Shown piece after piece: positions 32,180-42,718 of a stretch of 64,000 nt of DNA (positions are counted from its first letter, which is position 1; each line of letters opens with the position of its first letter). Source of the stretch: Alphaproteobacteria bacterium (GTDB lineage Bacteria; Pseudomonadota; Alphaproteobacteria; MPNO01; UBA830); contig OZ219790.1 in assembly GCA_964291215.2 (NCBI GenBank), positions 2,496,001 to 2,560,000 of the forward strand. The letters are read 5' to 3'. Below the pieces are notes generated by a model. It was not told the origin of the DNA. It did not search any database and was given only the letters and a program-made list of their open reading frames with translations. The position numbers and the translations under genes are program-made.

Positions 32180-35100
32180 GCGGCCTCGGCCTCGGCCCGA
32201 ATGGCGCGCCGGCCGGTGACCCGGACCTCTTCGCCGCCTTCGCCGTCGGCCACGCGCACCAGGTGGTAGGTCGTATTGCCTTCCGCCCGCCCGACCTCAG
32301 GGGCCGCTACCAGCAGCTGGAGGTCGAGACTGGCGCAGAGGTCGAAGAGCATCCCCAGATTGTCGCGGTCGAGCCGGTTCGCCTCGTCGAGAAGAAGGAG
32401 CCTGAGCGTGCTGTCGGCGCTCCGGGCCTTGAACAGGCGGGCGTCATGCTCCCATGCCGTGAGCACCACCATCATGAGAGCCGCCCCGATCCCGATGCTC
32501 TCTCCGGTCGAGAGGTGGGTGGGGTTCGCGGCTTCCCAGCCGGTCCCGGAATTTCGCCAGACCTCGACGCGCGGGTCGACATACTCCCGATAATCGAGCA
32601 GCCGCTCTCCCTGCGCCCGCCCGCCCGCATATTTCCGGAGCAGGTCGTTCAGGGCCTCTTCCAGGGGACGGTCGGCAGCGAACAGGCCGCCCTGGTCGTC
32701 TCTGTCCCGGAGGGCGTCCAGGATGTTCGTCATCTCCGACACGCGGCCCAGCCTCAGCCTGACCCCGGCAATGCTGCCGAACCGGACCCCGTCGAGGTCC
32801 GTGTTGAGCTTGGCGATTTCCCGGTCCGCCCGGCGGATATGCACCCCGATGGCGTTGGCCACGTCCGTCGTCTTGCCCTGGAGTTCGGTCTCTTGGCGCA
32901 CGAGACGCTCCTGGAGGGCACCAAGCTGGCTGCGGAGCCTCGTGAGCGCCTCCAGAGGGTCGTCCATCTGGGCGATCTGGGCGGGGATGCGGCGCTGCAT
33001 CCAGACGCGCACCTCGCGCCAGGCGTGCAAGTAAGCCTCACCCGGCCGGGCTCCCTCCTCAAGACGGAAAAGCCCATTGACCACATTGGCGGCTTCGCAG
33101 CCTGGCTCGGCACGGGCGAGACGCTCGTGAAGCCTCCCGGCATAGGTGCGCGCGTCGCCATACAGGGCGGCGCTGGCGGTGCGACCGTCCGGGCCAGACA
33201 GGCCGGCAAGCAGGCCGTCGGCTTCGGCGTCGGCGCGCAGGCGCTTCCAGCGCTGGTGCGCGGGCTCTGCGGCCGCACGGCGCTCATTCAGGGCCTGACG
33301 GGCCCGGGTGCGCGCCTGGCGCTGTTGGTCAAGGCGGTACTGAAGCACCGCTCGCCGGCCGTGCAGCTCGCGCGACAGCCTGTCGGCTTCCCCGTGGCTG
33401 CGCTGACATTTGTCGAGGTGCTCGCGGCCGCTTGCCAGGGCGGCCTCGCCTGCATCCTCGATGCCGAGTCCGGCAAGTGTGGTGCGGGCGACGGCGATAT
33501 CGGCCAGCTTCCTCTGGAGATTGTCGATGGCGCCGAGTGCGCGGTCGATCCCGCGGCTCCGGTCCCTCACCGCCCGGATGTCGGCGCCGGTCCGGGCCAA
33601 CTCCTCTTCGAGGTCCCGGATCAGGGTCTCGCGGGCCCGGCGACCCAGCACAGGCCGGTCCGGGACCCGGCTCACCCTCATCACGTCCGGGCTGCTCCGG
33701 ACGATCACGGAATCGCCGGCAGGGCTGCTTTGGGAGGCTTCTCCTGCCAGGCCGCCGTCCAGGGCCTCGGGGCGGGCGAGCCAGACCGTGTCCGGTCGGT
33801 CTTTGATGTCGGCCACCGTCCGGGCGGCAGCCTCCAGGTCGTCCACGAGGACCGCTTCGACCAACGGGCCCAGCCGGGCCTGCCGGGCCCCGGCCTCCGC
33901 GATCCCGATATCCTCGAACTTCTCCGCGGCCGTCGGCGCGCCCAGGCGGGTGGCGATGGCCCGGAGGACGGCCGGCAGGCTGCCGCCGGCCTCCCGGAGG
34001 GAGCGCAGCCCGGCCTCGGTCTTCTTGCGCGTCTCTTCCAGCCGGGCGGCTTCGTCGCGGGCTTCGTCGCGCTGGGCGAACAGCGCCTGGCGGCGGTCGT
34101 CGACATAGCCTTCGGCATGGACGTCGCCGTCCCAGCCATGGGTCCGGCAAAGTGCCGCGACCTCCATGCCGACCCGCTCCTGGACCTCCTGTTGGGCGCG
34201 GCCGGACTCCAGCCGCTGATAGTGGTCCTCGGCCTGCTTCAGGGCGGACGCGAGGGTCTTCAAGCGCTCGCCGAGCACCTCGGCCTCCTTCACGACCCCG
34301 TCGAGTTCCGTCGCGGCGGCGGTGACGTCGTGCTCCGCGCGGCCCAACGCCTCCTCGGCCTCGGCGATGCCGCCGGCCGCTTCGCTGGCGGCCTGTTCGG
34401 TGGCCTGGGCAGCGGCCCGGAACATGTTCTGGCCAGCCTCGAAGACGTCGGATATCTCGGTTTCGAGCCTGCGGGCGTCATCGACCTCGCCGCGTGTGCG
34501 CCGGCAGGCGTCGATATTGGAGCGCATCCGCTTCAGAGTGGCGGCGAGACCGCCTTCCTCCTTCAGCAGGAAGGCGCGCAGCCCGGTGGTCAGAACCTGC
34601 GACATCCCGCCTGTCATGCTAGTGCGCAGCATCTCTGCGACTTTCCGGCGCTCGCCTTCGCGCTCGAGGCGCAGCGGGGACACACCGCGCTCGAACAGGG
34701 CACTGAAATACTCCTTCGCCGTTGCACAGACATGGAAGTTCGCCCCGTGGCGGCCGGCCTGCACCCGGAGTTCTTCTATCTCCGGGACAGCGTCCTTGTC
34801 GGTCCCGCGCAGGAGCAGGAGATTCTGGAGCCGCGCGCCATGCGGAAAGTCGGTGATGAAGAACGAGGTTAGTTCCACGACCGGCTCGGCGCGCCGCTCC
34901 AGGCGTACGCCGGCGAGGAAGCGCTCGCCGTTCGCGAGGGTAAAGTCGAGCACGGCGTAGGCCGGCCGTCCCGCCTCGCCGAGACGGCCCCAGATGCCTC
35001 GGTCTCCACTGGAGCCAGCCGCAGCGAACCGCAGATGGTTCATATCGGGGAGCAAGGCGACGAACGCGGCGATGAGGACCGTCGTCTTGCCGGCCCCGTT

Positions 35101-35214
35101 CGCCCCTTCCAGAGCAGTGACGGTATGGCTCAGTTCATAGCGCTCGTAGAACACGCCGCGCCAGTTGACGAGGGCGAGCTGGGCCGCCCTGGCTCGTTTG
35201 GTGGCCGGTTTCAT
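32176..35214 (-). CDS. mukB: SMC-family ATPase MukB (1012 aa, shortened arms)
   Basis: LALVNWRG..Walker A GANGAGKTT..AFVALLPD; MukB hinge (FEDIGIAEAG..LGPLVEAVLVDDL..RPDTVWL); LLDYREY, signature LSTGESIG, Walker B LLLLDEANRLD, QLLVAAPE..TTYHLVR. Confidence 0.93.
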   Translation of the reverse strand: MKPATKRARAAQLALVNWRGVFYERYELSHTVTALEGANGAGKTTVLIAAFVALLPDMNHLRFAAAGSSGDRGIWGRLGEAGRPAYAVLDFTLANGERFLAGVRLERRAEPVVELTSFFITDFPHGARLQNLLLLRGTDKDAVPEIEELRVQAGRHGANFHVCATAKEYFSALFERGVSPLRLEREGERRKVAEMLRTSMTGGMSQVLTTGLRAFLLKEEGGLAATLKRMRSNIDACRRTRGEVDDARRLETEISDVFEAGQNMFRAAAQATEQAASEAAGGIAEAEEALGRAEHDVTAAATELDGVVKEAEVLGERLKTLASALKQAEDHYQRLESGRAQQEVQERVGMEVAALCRTHGWDGDVHAEGYVDDRRQALFAQRDEARDEAARLEETRKKTEAGLRSLREAGGSLPAVLRAIATRLGAPTAAEKFEDIGIAEAGARQARLGPLVEAVLVDDLEAAARTVADIKDRPDTVWLARPEALDGGLAGEASQSSPAGDSVIVRSSPDVMRVSRVPDRPVLGRRARETLIRDLEEELARTGADIRAVRDRSRGIDRALGAIDNLQRKLADIAVARTTLAGLGIEDAGEAALASGREHLDKCQRSHGEADRLSRELHGRRAVLQYRLDQQRQARTRARQALNERRAAAEPAHQRWKRLRADAEADGLLAGLSGPDGRTASAALYGDARTYAGRLHERLARAEPGCEAANVVNGLFRLEEGARPGEAYLHAWREVRVWMQRRIPAQIAQMDDPLEALTRLRSQLGALQERLVRQETELQGKTTDVANAIGVHIRRADREIAKLNTDLDGVRFGSIAGVRLRLGRVSEMTNILDALRDRDDQGGLFAADRPLEEALNDLLRKYAGGRAQGERLLDYREYVDPRVEVWRNSGTGWEAANPTHLSTGESIGIGAALMMVVLTAWEHDARLFKARSADSTLRLLLLDEANRLDRDNLGMLFDLCASLDLQLLVAAPEVGRAEGNTTYHLVRVADGEGGEEVRVTGRRAIRAEAEAA

Positions 35215-35882
35215 GGCTCCTCCTCCGCGAGGCCGGCGTCGTCATCGGTGGTGTCGGCGGTCTCGACCGAGCCCTCGGCGACCAGCCGTTCCAAGGCCCG
35301 GGACCGGTCCTCAAGCGACCGGACCGGCTCCGCAAACCGGAGCAGGGCCGAATACAGCCGGATCTCCCGCTCGTCCGCCGAATAAGCCACGAACCCGAGG
35401 TCGTCCAGGCTGCGCAGGGCGCGCGTGACCGCTTTGCGTACGCCTTCCTCATCGACCCTCTCCGCGCTGCGTTTCTGGTGTCCGCCCCGGAGTTCGGAGA
35501 TCAGCCGTCCCCTGCCGACCAGGGCTTCAAGTCTGCGGACCAGCTCTTCGTCCTTCAGAATGCCGCCGTCGCTGACGGTCCGGGGATCGAGGTAAAACAG
35601 GGCGAGCGTCTGGCCGACGAGCATCTCGGCCCCGGACAGCCGGGCGCGGCCGAGCCGGTCTCCGCGCGGGACCAAATGGAAATAGCCGTCCGCGGCATGG
35701 CGCAGGTCGCAATCGTACCGGCCATAAAAGTCCTCCAGCCAGGCCTGCGCATCGCGCAGAAACCCGTACTGTTCCCCATCATGGGCGTTGATGTGCCGGC
35801 CCCGGCGCAGGCCGATATCGACCTCGGCGAAGAGAGGGGCGGTGACGACATCTTCCAGGCGCCGGAACCTCTCTTCGCTCAT
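35211..35882 (-). CDS. mukE: KITE subunit MukE
   Basis: PLFAEVDIGLRRGRHI..LEDFYGRYDCDLRHAADGYFHLVPR..LSGAEMLVGQTLALFYLDP..LLRFAEPVR; ATGA overlaps with mukF and mukB. Confidence 0.9.
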   Translation of the reverse strand: MSEERFRRLEDVVTAPLFAEVDIGLRRGRHINAHDGEQYGFLRDAQAWLEDFYGRYDCDLRHAADGYFHLVPRGDRLGRARLSGAEMLVGQTLALFYLDPRTVSDGGILKDEELVRRLEALVGRGRLISELRGGHQKRSAERVDEEGVRKAVTRALRSLDDLGFVAYSADEREIRLYSALLRFAEPVRSLEDRSRALERLVAEGSVETADTTDDDAGLAEEEP

Positions 35883-37186
35883 TTCCCGGACTCCCGACGC
35901 AGTGGCCAGTCCTCGATCTCGTATCCGCCGGGGAGCGTCACCCACGGGCGGTCCTTGCCGGGCGGCAGCGCCGCACGCTCCGCGACCAGGGCTGCGACCT
36001 CTCCGATCGCCGGGTAGCGCCGGTCCTCGTCGAGCCCCGCCAGGACCTCGCGCACCACGCTTGCGAGCGTGTCCGGTGATCGGGCAAGGGCGTCGGTGGC
36101 CCGTTGCACGATTTCGGCAGGGTCCGGGCCGTCCGGCATGTCGTCGAGCTCGGCCTCGCGGTCCTTGCTCGGGCGGACGACCGGCGGCCGCTCGATACGG
36201 GTCTCCATATCGCGCAGGACCCGCATGGGCCGCGGCTGCGGGATGACCAGAAAGAACCGGTTGCCGGGCCAGCCGGCAAGCTGGTCGCGCAGGCGTTCGC
36301 TGAGGGCCCGGTCCGGGTCCAGGCGCACGACATCGCGCAGATAGCCATGAATGTACTCGTAATAGTCGGACCAGGACTTCTGGCGGGCATTGCCCCAGGC
36401 CGCGATACGGTCGAGATGGTCGGCGACCTTCCGGGCCTCCTGGGCGGCTCTAGGGAGCTCCCAGTCTTCGGCCGCCTGTTCGATGTCCTGGAGAAGGCCC
36501 TGCATCTGGTGGACCCGGCTGAGCAGCACCGTCTTCAGTTCGGCGAGGGTTCTGGCGGAATCCGAGAGCAGGTCCTCGCATTCGTCGATGGCCGCGAACC
36601 AGTCCTTGGCCAGCAGGTCGGAAATGCGGGCCTTGAGGGCCTCCTGCTGGCGTTCCAGGCCACGCTGGCGGCGGTCGATGCCTGTCACCAGGTCCCTGAC
36701 GGTCACCCGGAGCGGCCCGACGACGGCATCGGCGCGCTCCAGGCCGGTCCTCGCTTGGCGGGCGGCGCCCAGGACTTCGGTGAGGGCGGCTATGACCTGG
36801 CCGGTGAGAAGGTCGAGGGATTCCCTGTCGAGAATGTCGCGGCTGTCGGCAATGAAGAACTCGACGATGCCGGTGGACAGAAGCGTCAGGCTGTAATCGC
36901 CGGGCCGGGCGAGGCCGTCGCCGTCGATGCGGGCGAGGAGACCCTGTTCGCGCAGGCGCTGGATGGCGAGCGTAGCCCGTCTGCGCGGGTTTTCGGCGCC
37001 GGGCTCGACGAGATCGCAGACCTGCTCGAACACGGCGACCATGTCTTCGTCTTCCAGGGCGCTGAGGCCCTGCTCGTGGCCCCGGGCGTACAGGGCGGCG
37101 AGGAAGCAGAGATCGATGGTCTTGATATCGAGCGCGGCCCCGAGATGGTGCAGCGAAGCGACAAGCCGTGATGAATCCACTGACAC
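35879..37186 (-). CDS. mukF: Kleisin subunit MukF
   Basis: DLCFLAAL..AIQRLREQGLLAR..YSLTLL..PLRVTVRDLVTGIDRRQRGL..ISDLLAKDWFAAIDECEDLLSDSARTLAEL..LDRIAAWG..YYEYIHGYLRDVVRLDPDRALSERLR; 435 aa. Confidence 0.9.
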   Translation of the reverse strand: MSVDSSRLVASLHHLGAALDIKTIDLCFLAALYARGHEQGLSALEDEDMVAVFEQVCDLVEPGAENPRRRATLAIQRLREQGLLARIDGDGLARPGDYSLTLLSTGIVEFFIADSRDILDRESLDLLTGQVIAALTEVLGAARQARTGLERADAVVGPLRVTVRDLVTGIDRRQRGLERQQEALKARISDLLAKDWFAAIDECEDLLSDSARTLAELKTVLLSRVHQMQGLLQDIEQAAEDWELPRAAQEARKVADHLDRIAAWGNARQKSWSDYYEYIHGYLRDVVRLDPDRALSERLRDQLAGWPGNRFFLVIPQPRPMRVLRDMETRIERPPVVRPSKDREAELDDMPDGPDPAEIVQRATDALARSPDTLASVVREVLAGLDEDRRYPAIGEVAALVAERAALPPGKDRPWVTLPGGYEIEDWPLRRESGK

Positions 37187-37199
37187 GTTCTTTCTTTCG

Positions 37200-37410
37200 T
37201 CGATATGCCCCGTTGCCGATGCTTGAGGCCTCGTGGCGGCGCAACCCGCAGCCGAACATCAGCGCGAGCGCCGCCGCGTCGCGCGCCCCGGACACCGTTC
37301 CGTCGGCGCACGCCCGGAACAGCGCCGCGCACTCGCCCTCCTCCAGAGCCCGGCCGGGCGGCTTCCGGCTCCCCTTCACCGGCTTGACCCTCGCTTCCCG
37401 TATAAGGCTG
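37200..37410 (-). pseudogene. Tyrosine recombinase fragment
   Basis: GRALEEGECAALFRAC..GARDAAALALMFGCGLRRHE (box I Arg). Confidence 0.72.
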
Positions 37411-37956
37411 GCACCGGCTCCGAAAAAGTGCGCACGCTGCGGGCGAAATCGGCAATATTGCCTTTGTAGATGAGATCACCTCGCAGGTGCGCGATGGACA
37501 CGGTAATTCCCCGGCCGCCCCAAGTCGAGATGGACTTCACCGACGCGCGGCTGACCGGCTTCGGGGGCTGGTCGGTGCTGGGCCAGATGGCGGCGCGTCC
37601 GGACCTGCCGCGGGCGCTGTCGGCGGTTTCCGTCAAGCAGCGGGCTCGGGGCGCGAGCGATGCGGAGACGCTGTGGAGCCTGATCGCATCGCTGGCGGCT
37701 GGCAACGGGGCGTTGTCGGATCTGGACGCGCTGCGCGAGGACCGGGTCGGACAACAGCTGTTGGGTCTTGGCCGGGTGCCCTCGGGTCGGCGTCCTGGCG
37801 AGTATCTGGCGCGCATCGACGAGGCGCAGGTCGAGACGCTGCTGGCGGTGGCGCGCGGGCTGGCGGCACAGGTGGCGCCGGCCGTGGTGGAACACGAAGC
37901 GGCGGTACGCGGCTACGTCCCGGTGTTCGTCGACGGCACCGCGATCGAGGTCGACG
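37411..37956 (+). pseudogene. IS1380-family transposase 5' fragment
   Basis: DFTDARLTGFGG..LSDLDALRED..VPS..VFVDGTAIEV; cut at the ISAs1 end. Confidence 0.78.
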
Positions 37957-39966
37957 CAAGGAGATCCCATGCTTGTTGCTGTGATGCGATCGGAGTCTTG
38001 ATCGCGGCGCGGGTCGACGCGTTCGAGTCTGCGATTTGAGATGTGCGGACATCTGCGGCCCGGTGGCGGCGCGGATCGGGGCGCGAGGGGTCCGTTTCGG
38101 CGGATCCGGGGCGAGCGAGAGGCCTGCCGGGTTGGGTGGCCAGGCTCGGATACTTGCGGTTTCGGTCGGGTTGTGAGCGCAGTCAGCCGGGTCTTGTGAC
38201 GGCGTGCAGGACCTGCTTGCGTTTGTCGGCATAGTGGTGACGGGCGTCGGCGAAGCTGTGGAAGGGCTGGGGCAGCTTCCGCTGGTTGTGGATGATGACC
38301 GCAATGGCGAGGGTGTTGATGATCGCGTTGTTTGCGGGCGCGTTCGGAGCTTGGAGTCGTCTTCGCGGAAGGTGGCGTCGCGGATGTGATGATGGCTTTC
38401 GACCACCCAGTGACCGCGGTTCCATGCGAGTAGCTGTTGCGGCGAGGCGCGTTCGGCCGCGACCGAGGTCATGGCGTGCTCGGTGGTCCGTTTTCCGGAT
38501 TTCCTGCATTCGACGCGCCGGGTGACACGAAAGATCTGTTTGACTAGTTGATCATCTTCGCGGGCGGGGTGAAGACTTCGATGCTGCGCTGTTCGATGCG
38601 GCCGTGCGTGGGCGTTTCGCGGTAGCGTCCCGTGCTCTCCCAATGGATGCTCTCGAACGTCTCGAAGGTCTTGGGAGCGTTGCCCTTGACTGTCATCATC
38701 CAGTCAGCGCCATGGGTCTCGACGATCAGCCGTGCCGTCTCGCGGGTGGTGTGAAGCGCATCGAGCGTGAGCAGACGGCCGGCCACCGGCGCCGTCGCGG
38801 CGTGGACGGCGGCGATTTCCCCGTCGTGATAGTTGAGGATCGAATGCCGGTCCCGTGCCAGCGAGACCGTCTCGTAATGATCCTTGCCGGTGCGGCCGCG
38901 CTTGCCGTCGACCGCGTGGCCGACCCGCAGGCGCGGCTGCGCGCCGCAGCGCCTCCTCGATCCACGCCGGGTCGGTGTTCTGCAGCACCCGGTGCACGGT
39001 CGATTTGGATACCGGTTCATACCGGCCGGTGTCCGGGTTCTTCCACGCTGCGCCAGATCCTTCTGTGTCATCGCCTTCGCGTAGCGTGCCGCGGCCACCG
39101 CGCCGTGCCAATTCGCCAGCCGCGCCAGCAAGATCACGCACAGCACCGAAGCGATGCCGTGCTTGCGCCCCTGCGCACGCCGGAAAGCGCCGCAAAATGC
39201 TGGTACATGGAGCGCAACTCCCGCGCCGCGCTCTGCGTCGCCCGCAACTCCCACGCCGCAGGAAGTGGCGCACGATCCCGCAACCGACGTCGCGACGCAG
39301 CGGAACCACGTACAGATCCTTCGCCTCCCCGTGCGGATCAGTATAGCGCCCGCGCGCATAGCCCTTGCTCTTGCCCACGCACGTCCAGTTCGCTGCTTTG
39401 TACATGGTGCCGCGGAACTTCGTCGGTGAGACAAACGACTCCGCCACCAGCAACGGATTGCCGTACGCAGCCTCCCAGTCGTCGCTGAGACGCCGCTGCA
39501 TCCGCGACAACGCAAACGAGGCAAGACCTCGAAATGTCCGGCGGCCACCCAGAATCACAAACCTCGTGTTATTTCCGATCAGGTGCAACCGCGCAAACTG
39601 TTCCTCGCGGCGCCAGCCAATCCAACGGTCCCGCGGCGCACAGATGAAGGCACCCGTCTGCCAGCCCGCAGCGCCAATCCACCGCCCGCGCCACGTGAAT
39701 ACGTAGCGCAGACCTCGACCCGCAAATTGCTTGAAACCAAGATACGGTCCACCACACGGTTCCAGCGACACACCTCATCCGGCCGCGCAAGGCGCACCAC
39801 CACATCCCGGAGCGCAAAACCCTCCGGAGTCGTTTCGAAAACATCCGCGGCGCGCTCCATGACAACCACGGATACCACACCGCTTCACAAAAAGCCAGCA
39901 CCAATCCGAATCCTCCGGAACCCGCGGAACCCAGCCTTCCAACCAACCTAGCGTGGGATGGCCGTG
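37957..39966 (-). mobile_element. Degenerate ISAs1-family element with DUF4338 gene (divergent second element)
   Basis: Imperfect IRs CAAGGAGATCCCATGC and GCGTGGGATGGCCGTG. DUF4338 motifs YLGF..LRY..RDRWIGW..NNTRF..RRLSDDW..ESFV..GTMYKAANW. ISAs1 motifs TLDALHT, TVKGN, HGRIEQR, RGHWVVESHHHIRDATFRED. Confidence 0.82.
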
Positions 39967-40258
39967 GCCCTACTACGACCGCACCGCCGACTACGACGCT
40001 CTGATGGTCAAACGCAACGCCCCGCGCTGGATCCGAATGCTCCGACGATACGGCTACATCGCACCCGTCAACGCGGCAGAACTCAACCCCGCCTGAGCCT
40101 CCTGAAACACGCCAGCCGGCAACGCGGGACTGCTACGGGCCACATCGGGGAAGTCCAACGCTCGTCCCTGCCGCGCCGATCCCGGCCACCGACCCCAACT
40201 CCGCAACACGGCGTTGGAACCCTTCGCGCGCCCCTCGACCGAATCTGTTTCACGGCAA
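39967..40258 (+). pseudogene. IS110-family transposase C-terminal fragment and right end
   Basis: PYYDRTADYDALMVKRNAPRWIRMLRRYGYI resembles an IS110 C-terminus (recognised from memory); ends TTTCACGGCAA. Confidence 0.55.
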
Positions 40259-40261
40259 CAG

Positions 40262-40499
40262 AACGCAAAAAAATCAGCTCGCCGATCAGGGTCCGTGGAG
40301 GCATACGATCCCCCGGAACCCGAACGGATACCTACAAGGACAATCTCACCGGCCGCCGATAATCCCAAGCCACTACAAATGCATGCTGAACCGACGCCTT
40401 ATACCACCGGTCGTTGATTGGAACCGATAGCAGAGCCTCCCTACGTAGCCCGCCCCCTGAGCCGAGGCCTCGTACTGCAAGACCCAACTTCAACAGTGA
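40262..40499 (-). ncRNA. Candidate IS110 non-coding end (possible bridge RNA)
   Basis: No convincing ORF; hairpin-forming segment (GGGTCCG..CGGAACCC) adjacent to the IS110 remnant; resemblance to IS110 left ends is from memory only. Confidence 0.35.
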
Positions 40500-40639
40500 C
40501 GATTAAAAATAGGTAACTACCCAGGTACCCTGCCAAGTGTGAGAGCTTGCTGATTTTGTTCGCCGTGTCGCTGCTCTCGGCCTTGACTGCATAGGCGCGC
40601 GCGCCTATGGGTTGCCCTCTCGCATGGGAGGAGCGGCTG

Positions 40640-41244
40640 GTGGGGTATTTCGGATCGAAGGCGACGACGGGTCTGAGCCAGGCGCTGATTGCGCTGATGC
40701 CGCCGCACTCTGTCTATATCGAGAGTCACCTGGGGGGCGGTGCGCTGATGAAGCGCAAGCCTGCTGCCGTGCGCTCGATCGGGATCGACCTCGATGAGCG
40801 GGCGCTTGAGGCCTTTGGCTGCGACTACCCGGTGGAGTTGGTGCATGGCTGCGCCCACTCCTTTCTGGCGTCGTTTGCGTTTCTGGGCCCGGAGCTGGTC
40901 TACAGCGATCCGCCCTATCTGCACGCGACCCGGCGTTCGTCGCAGCGCTACCGCTTCGAGTATGCGGAGGCCGACCACGTCGCGCTGCTTGCTATGACGA
41001 CCTGCTGTCGGGCTGGCGCCGGCTGGCGCTGCAGGTGACGACCCAGGCCCGGGTGCGGACCGAGGTGGTGTGGTTCAACTTCGCGCCCGACCGGGTGCAC
41101 TGGGCGCGCTTCGCCGGCCGGAACTTCACCGACCGCCAGCGCATCAAGCGCAAGGCGGCCAACTGGGGCCGGCTCTACGAGGCCATGCCGGCGGGCGAAC
41201 GCCTGGCGGTGCTGGCCGCGATCATGGCCGGCGAGGTCCCGTGA
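40640..41244 (+). pseudogene. DNA adenine methyltransferase, frameshifted by a 55-bp deletion
   Basis: Identical to 314-973 except for the deletion at about 40991. Confidence 0.9.
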
Positions 41245-41322
41245 CGGTGGCGCGAGGACCTCGCCGGCCACGACGAGGCTTTTGCGTGCCTGCAGGACCT
41301 TTTCACCCCACAATGCCTGGCG

Positions 41323-42718
41323 ATGACGGTCATCAAAGCCATCCGGGCCAGGGGCTGCTGCGCCTGAGCGCGGCGCTGGTCAGGGAGAACGACGCGCTGG
41401 AGCGGGAGAACGCCCACTTGCGCGAGCGGATTGCCGAACTCGAGCGCAGTGCCGCGCTCGACAGCACCACCAGCTCCCGGTCGCCGGCCAGCGACGGTCT
41501 GAAGAAGAAGAGCGGACCCCAGCGCACCCGGAGCGGCACGTCCGACAGGCGGCGGCCAGCCACAAGGGAACCACTCTGGAGCGGACCGCGACGCCCGACC
41601 ACGTCGTCGATCATGATCCCTGCGCCTGTGCGGGCTGCGGCGCGCCGCTGTCGGCCGCTGAGCGTCACGGAGCCCCCGTCTGCCGGCAGGTCTTCGATGT
41701 GCCGCAGCCCCTTGAGGTCACCGAGCACCGCTGCCTCTGTGCCGCCTGCGGCACCGTGACGACAGCCGTCTTCCCGAACGGCGCCCCGGTCCAGTACGGG
41801 CCGCGTATCACCGCGTGGGGGACCTACCTGCTGCACGCGCAGTTCATTCCGGAGAAGCGCGTCGCCGAAGTCATGAGCGACCTCTTCGCGGTCAGGCTCT
41901 CAACCGCCACCATCGCCGCCATGGGCAGACGCACCGCCCGGCGCTTCGAGGGCTTCCTCGACCGTGTCGGCGAGATCATCCGCACCGCGGCCCCGGTCAA
42001 ACACCTCGATGAGACCGGCATCCGCATCGCCGCCCGGACCCAATGGCTCCACGTACTGTGCACCCCGTTGCTGACCATCCTGCGCATCGCCGCCGGGCGC
42101 AGCCACATCGACGAGAAGCTCAACGGCATCGTCATCCATGACGACTACGCCACCTACTTCGCTCTCCAAGGCGTGCGCCACGGGGCCTGCAATGCCCATC
42201 ACCTGCGCGAACTCCAAGCCCTGATCGAGATCGAGAACTGGGCAGCCACCACGCACCCGCTCCTCAGCCGTGCCAACAGAGCCGCCCGCTTCGCCCGCAA
42301 GAATGACCGCGACCTGCCCGCTTCACTGGTGGCCCGCATCTCCCGAGCCTGGGACCGCATCCTTGAGCAGGCCATCGCCTCTCACGAAGAGATGGCGCCC
42401 CTCCAGAGCGGAAAGCACGGACGACAAAAGCGCCGCATCGGTCACAACCTCGCCCTCCGGCTCCAGAAATACAAGGAGGGCTGCCTGCGCTTCCTCACCG
42501 ACCCGAGAACCCCCTTCTCGAACAACCAGGCCGAGCGCGACCTCCGCATGGGCAAGCTGCGCCAGAAAATCTCGGGCGGCTTCCGATCAATGCAAGGCGC
42601 CCGCGACTTCGCCAGCCTGCGTTCCGTCATCGCAACAGCCCGAAAGCAACGCTGGAATGTCCTCGAAACCCTGGCGCATCCCGATCCCATGCAGCTGATC
42701 CCGAGACTGCGCCTCTGA
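41323..42718 (+). pseudogene. IS66 family transposase with the same frameshifts as copy 1; main ORF 41699-42718
   Basis: Same 339-aa ORF as 1428-2447. Confidence 0.9.

Noticed and set aside
31870-34872. 1000-aa plus-strand ORF
   Set aside because: Antisense shadow of mukB in GC-rich DNA; no motifs.
38704-39880. DUF4338 as part of a Druantia system
   Set aside because: No DruE helicase or other dru genes; it lies within ISAs1 IRs.
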